IMG/VR virus record: IMGVR_UViG_648276670_000008
Span: 1-24,154 of that record
Direction: 5' to 3' (one strand)
DNA from: a virus
Taxonomy: Duplodnaviria; Heunggongvirae; Uroviricota; Caudoviricetes
Length of the DNA: 24,154 nt
This document shows, piece after piece, positions 17,375 through 24,154 of the stretch. Position numbers and translations under genes: made by a program. How positions within the stretch are numbered: the first letter of the stretch is position 1; every line of letters starts with the position of its first letter. The notes below the pieces were generated by a model. It worked only from the letters and a program-made list of their open reading frames with translations, searched no databases and was not told the DNA's origin.

Positions 17375-19540
17375 TTATTGAGGTGTCTCGGCTACTCCGC
17401 CGGAGGGGATTTGAACTTGACGCATAAGATTCGCGAAATCCATGCGTTGTGAATGAGTCTGGTCTGCATCTTTAAGAAGCAGCTCAGCGTTAGCACGAGC
17501 ATCTTTGCTGCGCTGTTGCTGGAATTGACCTACGAGCTTGAGGTACTCACGCAGTTCTGCCTGCTTGTCGAGGTCCATATTGTTGAAGATTTCTGCAATC
17601 TTCGCGGCGTTGAGTTGGTTTTGGGCTTCAACCTTGGCGGCTTCAACCTGAATCTGCGCCTGTTGGTTCTCTGCCTTGAGCAATTCAGCCTGACCTTGCA
17701 GAAGGATACCCTGAGCCTGAATTTGCTCTGCTGATGGCTGCTGCGGCTGTTGTTGTGCCTGCTGCACCATCTCCATCTCTTCAGGTGTTTCTGGTTTCTT
17801 CAGCCCCATCATCACCAGTTGCTTGTTCGCGTACTCTCGCATCATCTCGACGCCTTTACCGTCAAGCAACGTGAAGTATTGCAGCATCAGCATCTGGAAC
17901 TCTGGAGTACCTTGCGGAACCTTGGTTAGCAACTCCTGAATCTCTGCGCGATTCTGTTCCTTCATGCTCTGGAAGGATGGCCCAACGTCTGTATAGCACT
18001 CATAGCGACCGCGAATGTCGTTGAGTGTGACCACATTGCCGGACTGGTAATCGACAACTTGCGCGTAGAGTTGAACGTCTTTCTCGCTACCATCTTCAAG
18101 TGTCAGCGTTACATGGCGAGGAACGTCATAAATATCGTTGACCATTGAGGCATAAATCTCGCCATCACGTCGCATTGCGGTAGCCAGGTTATCCTGAAAC
18201 ACGTATGTCTCAAGGTCTGCCCGCATGTTCAGTTGATTGACGGTATCGAAAGCGACCTGAGAGTTTGCCGCCTGCGCATCCACGCCAAGACTAGCCACCT
18301 CTTTCACTGCGTTGGTGGCAGCCTCAAGCATGTAAGCGTTGGCTTGCGGCACTTCAGGGTTTTCCATGTAGGAGATTGGACCAATCGGCAGGTCGTTACC
18401 GTTTTCATCGGTCCTGTTCTGCAGATAGTACGGATAGTCATCATTTCCACCGTACATGTATTCGTAGCCTTCGATTTGCTCAGGGAAGAAGGTCGGTTTC
18501 TTCTTCGGTGAACGAGCAACAATATCGGCGTTGAACGACATGATCATGTTACGAAGGCGTTGACCGTCTTTCGTCAGCCTTACCACTCCCTCGTAGCACT
18601 CCTTGTCACCAGCAAATGACCATTCTCCATACACTGGAACGATTGGGATATGCTCTCCGGCTATCTTCTCGCGATCTTTCAGTATCTGCGTGCAGGTGAT
18701 GATCGACTTATACACACGCCGACGCTTCACCTTGCGCTCTGCTACCTTAATGAATCCACGATTAGCCAGGTCGTCGATAACGTCTTTAATATCCTGCTGG
18801 TAATAGCTGACCGGCTCACCTGTCAGCGGGTCGCGGTAGATGAAGACTTTCTCCTTCTTCTCTTCTACCTCGTAATACTCGGCGACGTAGACGACATCAT
18901 TCGATACCCACGGAAACAGCCATGTGTCGTTCGGATTCTGGAAAGATGGCAGGGTGTCAGGATCAATACCGTAATCCTCTGCGAACTCTTTCCAGCCATT
19001 GCGTGACAAAGCGTTAATCACCGTGCAGTGCTTAGCGTCGCTCTTATCCATCTGCTTGCTGTTGGCGTCCCATATGACGTGTGAGCAGGCTTCATGGATT
19101 GGAAGGCGTCGGATTACCTGATTGTTGCTTGTTGGGTCGTTGTCTTCGTACTGCGTGACCAGACGCCATGCACCAACGCCGGACTCTATCTGCTCACGAA
19201 CGCCAACGTTAACAGCAATCTTTGCCGTGTTATGGCGCATATCAGTACGATACATCCCCATCAACACATCGGCAGCATCAGGATTAGCGCCGTCTTTTGG
19301 TCTGAAGAGAACGTCGATAGGGTTACGGCGCATCTCTGCGACCAGTTTCCTGACCACCGGGCGAACAACATCGAATTGTCCGCGATATTGCAGGGTCGTG
19401 TAGTTTGATAGCCAGTCATCCCATTGCGACACTCGGCTAAAATACAGGTCATTTGTCGCCTCGGTTCTGGCTTCATCGCTCGCCATCCAGTCTGCGTCAA
19501 ACTTACACAGAATGGAATTGAGTCTGTTTTCGTCGGCCAT
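17375..19540 (-). CDS. 1: Portal protein, P22 gp1 homologue
   Basis: 721-aa ORF matching P22 portal over the full length as I remember it, including the Gln-rich C-terminal barrel region. ATG follows directly after the terminase stop. Confidence 0.95.
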   Translation of the reverse strand: MADENRLNSILCKFDADWMASDEARTEATNDLYFSRVSQWDDWLSNYTTLQYRGQFDVVRPVVRKLVAEMRRNPIDVLFRPKDGANPDAADVLMGMYRTDMRHNTAKIAVNVGVREQIESGVGAWRLVTQYEDNDPTSNNQVIRRLPIHEACSHVIWDANSKQMDKSDAKHCTVINALSRNGWKEFAEDYGIDPDTLPSFQNPNDTWLFPWVSNDVVYVAEYYEVEEKKEKVFIYRDPLTGEPVSYYQQDIKDVIDDLANRGFIKVAERKVKRRRVYKSIITCTQILKDREKIAGEHIPIVPVYGEWSFAGDKECYEGVVRLTKDGQRLRNMIMSFNADIVARSPKKKPTFFPEQIEGYEYMYGGNDDYPYYLQNRTDENGNDLPIGPISYMENPEVPQANAYMLEAATNAVKEVASLGVDAQAANSQVAFDTVNQLNMRADLETYVFQDNLATAMRRDGEIYASMVNDIYDVPRHVTLTLEDGSEKDVQLYAQVVDYQSGNVVTLNDIRGRYECYTDVGPSFQSMKEQNRAEIQELLTKVPQGTPEFQMLMLQYFTLLDGKGVEMMREYANKQLVMMGLKKPETPEEMEMVQQAQQQPQQPSAEQIQAQGILLQGQAELLKAENQQAQIQVEAAKVEAQNQLNAAKIAEIFNNMDLDKQAELREYLKLVGQFQQQRSKDARANAELLLKDADQTHSQRMDFANLMRQVQIPSGGVAETPQ

Positions 19541-21040
19541 TTAAGTTCTCCGTGCGATGGGCCTGATTGGGGCTGGTATCTTTTTCTCTTTTGGTTTTTT
19601 GATGTCGCGCATCATTTTTGCGAAGCGGCGCATCATGTATGCATAGCGAACGGCGGATAGCACGTCGTCGTTAAGCTTGACGATTTTCCCGTTTTCATCA
19701 CGGTGATAGAGGCGGAACTCCTCAAAGAATGGCTCACAGGTGTTGAATACTTTGAAGCGACCATCGAGCATCATGTCGCGCAATTCAGTGATGCCAGGCT
19801 CCACAGCATTACCGCCATCAGGCCATGTCGCATGCTCCTGCAACATCATAAAACCAGCATCTGCATACTGCCCTTTGAGCTGCTCACCGCCGCCCTTCTC
19901 GTGCTGGTTTCCGTCATGAGGCCATGCGGTTGGCACTTTATGCGCCCATGATTTAACAGCTCCCCATGCCTGAACGGCTGTTTTTTCTTTCGCCTTCCAC
20001 ACGCGTGAAACGTAGATTGTGTCTGCGTCCTTATCCCACCAAAGCTGAACCTGCGCCTGCGGGTGATCCCATCCAAAATCCATCCCGCCAATTACGTAGA
20101 AGTGATCAGGACACTCGAACGGCTGACACTTAATCGTCTCTTCCGGTATCTGGAAGATTCGACCACTACCCATCGTAGGAATACCGCGAGCACGCGCCTC
20201 TCTCTCATGCTCAGGATAGGATGCGATGATTTGCTCTTTCTGCTCGTCGGTGTAGTGCTCAGCGTCATAGATGGTCATGTTGACCACTTTCTGCGACTTG
20301 CTGGGATTCTTCAGGAACTTGGTAACAACGTCAGACATCCCCATCAGCGGGGTAAACGTCAGAATTGAGAATTGCCCGTATTTGTTGGTACGGGTAAGAC
20401 CTTCGCCATAAATGCTGTATGGTGGCTCTTCGTCAAACCACACGCCGTGGATTGTGTCACCCTGCCAGCGAGCGCGGCCTTGCGAGTATGGCTTGAAGTA
20501 GCAGATTGAAATGCCATCTTCAACGCCATCAGCCGTGTGATGCTTAACCAGAAGATGATCAACAAGGTTCGGAAAGAAAGGAGACTTCTTCCAGCTAATG
20601 ATGTCTTCTTTCGGTATGGAACCGTAGCCAGGCTCATCATTCTCTTCGATACGACCGCACAGGATGCGTTGAGTCGTTTTGGTTACAGTCTCGTTTGTCT
20701 CGCCACCAATCCAAAAGACAACAGGCTCATAGAAACGCTTACCTTTCCACTCACCGCCATATTTACCATCAGCAGGATAGCCTTTTGTGCCCGGATAACG
20801 CCCTGTAAGGTGAAACGCGACTTCAGCAGCACCAGTAAATGACTTACCAAGCTGGTTACCAGCCATAAAACATCGCTCTGGATAGTCATGTCCGGCGTCG
20901 ATGAACTCACGCTGTTTGCTGTATGGCGTAAATTCATATAGCAGGTGTGTGTTCCGGTAGTTCTCTTCTTCTTCGAGTAGTTCGAGCAATTCTATTTGCT
21001 CTTCGTCGCTCAGGTTATCAAGAATCGCGTCCAGTTCCAC
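19541..21040 (-). CDS. 2: Terminase large subunit, P22 gp2 homologue
   Basis: 499-aa ORF ([37 protein letters not shown]…). The start codon is GTG at 21040 with AAGGAG about 10 nt upstream; there is no in-frame ATG until codon 59. It overlaps the gene 3 3' end by 23 nt. Confidence 0.95.
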   Translation of the reverse strand: MELDAILDNLSDEEQIELLELLEEEENYRNTHLLYEFTPYSKQREFIDAGHDYPERCFMAGNQLGKSFTGAAEVAFHLTGRYPGTKGYPADGKYGGEWKGKRFYEPVVFWIGGETNETVTKTTQRILCGRIEENDEPGYGSIPKEDIISWKKSPFFPNLVDHLLVKHHTADGVEDGISICYFKPYSQGRARWQGDTIHGVWFDEEPPYSIYGEGLTRTNKYGQFSILTFTPLMGMSDVVTKFLKNPSKSQKVVNMTIYDAEHYTDEQKEQIIASYPEHEREARARGIPTMGSGRIFQIPEETIKCQPFECPDHFYVIGGMDFGWDHPQAQVQLWWDKDADTIYVSRVWKAKEKTAVQAWGAVKSWAHKVPTAWPHDGNQHEKGGGEQLKGQYADAGFMMLQEHATWPDGGNAVEPGITELRDMMLDGRFKVFNTCEPFFEEFRLYHRDENGKIVKLNDDVLSAVRYAYMMRRFAKMMRDIKKPKEKKIPAPIRPIARRT

Positions 21041-21506
21041 GGTTGAATAGCTCCTTGATACGAGAGCGCCGCTTATCGCGATCTCCCTTATCAGGTGTCA
21101 CGTCTTCAACTTGCGACTGCTCTTTGAGGCCCAAATCACGGGCGATTATGTTAGCGTTGAGAAGGTCAGCGGCTGCGCCAGAGAATTTCTGGTCGTAGAT
21201 GACCTGCTCTGCTCGCGTAACGACTTCAGATAAATCTTCTCGCAGGCGATATGTGCGCCATGTTTCAAGCGTCACATCAATGAACAGAGTGAGGCCGGTA
21301 ATAGTCATCGCTCGCATCTTGGCGATAGGCTCTTGTATCACTTCACCCTGATACGAGAATGCCTTCATCTCCCATAGCGGGTTAGCTTCCACCCACTCGA
21401 AGTATTCACAACAAGCAGCCCACAGCTCCTCAGGCGATTCGAATTTAGGATTTCGCCCATGACTACTGCGGGCCTCCCAAAATCGGTTGCCCTTTGGTGC
21501 TGCCAT
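21018..21506 (-). CDS. 3: Terminase small subunit, P22 gp3 homologue
   Basis: 162-aa ORF matching P22 gp3 as I remember it ([38 protein letters not shown]…). It contains the pac sequence. Confidence 0.95.
   Translation of the reverse strand: MAAPKGNRFWEARSSHGRNPKFESPEELWAACCEYFEWVEANPLWEMKAFSYQGEVIQEPIAKMRAMTITGLTLFIDVTLETWRTYRLREDLSEVVTRAEQVIYDQKFSGAAADLLNANIIARDLGLKEQSQVEDVTPDKGDRDKRRSRIKELFNRGTGRDS
21218..21239 (-). other. P22-type pac site (headful packaging initiation site) inside gene 3
   Basis: Minus-strand sequence GAAGATTTATCTGAAGTCGTTA, encoding EDLSEVV within gp3. It matches the P22 pac sequence as I recall it; this is memory, not a database hit. Confidence 0.6.
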
Positions 21507-21585
21507 ATTGATTATTTCCCTTCTGCTTGCTTATCCCATTCATCGCGGAATTTGGATGGGTTGTCGAAACCTTGAGTTGCCATGT

Positions 21586-21828
21586 TTATGCTCCTGTAGT
21601 GAACAGGTCTAACGCTTCCTTCGATTTACGCACCGCTTCGATAGTGCGGGTCGTGATATCTGAATTAGCGCCGCCTGACTGGAAGTGAATTTTGAATAGC
21701 TCAAGCTTCAGTTCGTCAGTGCCAATGAACTGAAATGCTTCTTCTGCGGCTGCGTTCTGGTTCATGACCAGTTTGTAAATCTCTAACTGGAATTTCTGTT
21801 CTTCAGTCATGGGAATAATCTCTGCCAT
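21586..21828 (-). CDS. Hypothetical small protein upstream of terminase genes
   Basis: 80-aa ORF with ATG and a GGAG Shine-Dalgarno, in the interval where P22-like phages carry small ORFs between the lysis genes and gene 3. Confidence 0.55.
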   Translation of the reverse strand: MAEIIPMTEEQKFQLEIYKLVMNQNAAAEEAFQFIGTDELKLELFKIHFQSGGANSDITTRTIEAVRKSKEALDLFTTGA

Positions 21829-21931
21829 TGTTGGCTCCGTTTATCCGTTAAAAGGGATATCAGTTAAGTTATCCCGTGTAGGGTATAAGCCATTATCAAA
21901 GCCACTCTGTAGGGAATGGCTTTTGTGATGG

Positions 21932-21956
21932 CAATAAAAAGGCCGCCTGAGCGACC
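21932..21956 (-). terminator. Candidate intrinsic terminator (hairpin plus U-tract)
   Basis: On the minus-strand transcript: GGUCGC-UCAG-GCGGCC (one G-U wobble) followed by UUUUUAUUGCC. It lies between the DUF551-like gene and the 80-aa ORF; the plus strand also has T-runs after the stem. Confidence 0.35.
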
Positions 21957-21974
21957 TTTCATTTTTCATCCGTT

Positions 21975-22190
21975 TTAATCATCTGGGTAATTAAGCGGCA
22001 TCCAGTGTGTAACCTTGCTTGCTCCTGAATCGATGAATGCCTTGGTTCTCTGCCAGTAAGAGCCCATACATGATAGTTTGAACACGTCACCAGTATCAGT
22101 AAGAGCTATAACCTCTTTAGACCACATCCCTTCTTTGCTTTCTGGTAGCCGGTGTTCAACATTGATCCATTGGTTTCCGTTATCATCCAT
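21975..22190 (-). CDS. DUF551-like small phage protein
   Basis: The ORF-track start at 22193 is GTG; the ATG at 22190 has a GAGG Shine-Dalgarno. 71 aa with W…RLPE…THWMPL…P features reminiscent of the DUF551 family. Confidence 0.5.
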   Translation of the reverse strand: MDDNGNQWINVEHRLPESKEGMWSKEVIALTDTGDVFKLSCMGSYWQRTKAFIDSGASKVTHWMPLNYPDD

Positions 22191-22629
22191 CACAACCTCG
22201 TCTAGTTGTTCGTCATAGATTCAGTGGCTGGCGGTGACGATTCCGCTTTTCGGGAGCTACCCTAGCCACTGTTTTATTCTATCCGATGTCTTTCCATCAG
22301 TCCGCCACCACAAAGAATCTTTTTTGCCATAAGGCAGGAGGTTCATCTTTCAGTGGCTGCCAGTGTTATTTCCCCACTTACTGGCTTGGGTTGTTTCGCT
22401 GTACTGCCGTAACTGGTTGCCCAGAATAAATTCCGGTTTCATTATCAAGCCCACCCGTAGATAGGCTTTGTAATGAACTGGCTCTTATCTCAACGCAGCC
22501 CCTTACCGCGCGCCAGATGCTCAATATCAAGCATCAGCAATGAGATGTTTAATCTGGATTCACTCCAGAAGTGATCATCACCCTGTCTACAGAGCCAGAT
22601 GTGAAGGATGATGAGTAAAATTATCGCTA

Positions 22630-23097
22630 TCATCGAAGGCATTGCGTCCTGATGTATTCCTGAAGCGTTCTCAGTGCTGTTTGGTCGCGGATAATTCCGT
22701 CCCGGACACCGAGAACGTTTCGTCCAGCAACTGGAGAGAGTTCGACGGTGGAATCATTGCCCATGCCGGAGGCGCCGGAGGTTTCGGCTGAGGATGGCAC
22801 ATGGCATTTTCCTTTGACGAGCACCCTGCCACCATTATCAAGCTTGCGCCGAAGAGCATCATTTTCAGCTTTCGCATCAGCTAGCTCCTTCGTGTATTTA
22901 GCATCGAGTGCATCAGCAGCACGCTGGCGTTGCTGCATGTCAGTAATGGTGGCGGTCGCCTGCTTCAGCTCACTGACTTTTTTATCACGCTGTTCTTTGT
23001 AGGCGATGGCATTATCACGGTAATGATTGACCGCCCACGACAGGCAGACGATGATGCAGATAACCAGAGCGGAGATAATCGCGGTTACTCTGTTCAT
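22630..23097 (-). CDS. Rz: Rz i-spanin (lambda Rz-like)
   Basis: 155-aa ORF whose N-terminal half matches lambda Rz as I remember it ([31 protein letters not shown]…[19 protein letters not shown]). ATG overlaps the R stop (ATGA). Confidence 0.9.
   Translation of the reverse strand: MNRVTAIISALVICIIVCLSWAVNHYRDNAIAYKEQRDKKVSELKQATATITDMQQRQRAADALDAKYTKELADAKAENDALRRKLDNGGRVLVKGKCHVPSSAETSGASGMGNDSTVELSPVAGRNVLGVRDGIIRDQTALRTLQEYIRTQCLR
22671..22877 (-). CDS. Rz1: Rz1 o-spanin lipoprotein, embedded in Rz in an alternate frame
   Basis: 68-aa ORF with ATG, entirely inside Rz. Lipoprotein signal with lipobox (LIMVAGC) followed by a proline-rich segment (PKPPAPPAW), as in lambda Rz1. Confidence 0.8.
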   Translation of the reverse strand: MRKLKMMLFGASLIMVAGCSSKENAMCHPQPKPPAPPAWAMIPPSNSLQLLDETFSVSGTELSATKQH

Positions 23098-23553
23098 ACC
23101 TCAATCTCTCTGACCGTTCCACCCGCTTCTTTGAATTTTGCAATCAGGCTGTCAGCCTTATGCTCGAACTGACCATAACCAGCGCCCGGCAGTGAAGCCC
23201 AGATATTACTGCAACGGTCGATTGCCTGACGGATATCACCGCGATCAATCATCGGTAAAGCGCCACGCTCCTTAATCTGCTGCAGTGCAACAGCGTCCTG
23301 GCTTTTCGGAGAGAAGTCTTTCAGGCCAAGCTGCTTACGATAGGCATCCCACCAACGGGAAAGAAGCTGGTAACGTCCGGCCGCTGTTGATTTGAGTTTG
23401 GGGTTTAGCGTGACAAGTTTGCGAGGGTGATCGGAGTAATCAGTGAATAGCTCTCCGCCTACAATGACGTCATAACCATGATTTCTGGTTTTCTGACGTC
23501 CGTTATCAGTTCCTTCTGACCACGCCAGCATATCGAGAAACGCCTTACGTTGA

Positions 23554-23570
<17 letters not shown>
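23094..23570 (-). CDS. R: Endolysin, lambda R-type lytic transglycosylase
   Basis: 158-aa ORF matching lambda R over the full length as I remember it ([35 protein letters not shown]…). The start overlaps the S 3' end as in lambda. Confidence 0.95.

Positions 23571-24154
<584 letters not shown>

Noticed and set aside
18233-19408. Several plus-strand ORFs (92-118 aa) inside the portal gene
   Set aside because: Antisense to the portal gene, no start context, no recognisable features.

Overview
This window reads as the late/right arm of a mosaic P22/Sf6-like podovirus prophage (or phage genome) from an enterobacterium, with one unusual accessory island. Plus strand, left: a P4-family tyrosine integrase (1..1158), then a strongly AT-rich island (about 1160..5190) encoding an acyltransferase-3 (Oac-like) membrane protein, a Wzx-like flippase and a WbbL-like family-2 glycosyltransferase. 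Minus strand, read right to left: a partial IS21-family element (istB 3' end) inserted into a lambda-type holin gene S, then intact R endolysin and Rz/Rz1, a DUF551-like small gene, an 80-aa ORF, then a complete P22-type morphogenetic operon in P22 order (3, 2, 1, 8, 5, extra ORF, 4, 10, 26, 14, 7, 20, 16, 9). The most interesting points are (i) the conversion island, which is not the classical GtrABC architecture, (ii) a tailspike whose P22-like head-binding domain is fused to a SASA/SGNH-type esterase-like domain, sitting next to the acyltransferase (a possible acyl write/erase pair), and (iii) the IS insertion that removes the N-terminus of the holin. All homology statements come from reading the translations against remembered protein families and phage sequences; no database search or computed statistic was available. 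No rRNA, tRNA or CRISPR array was seen.
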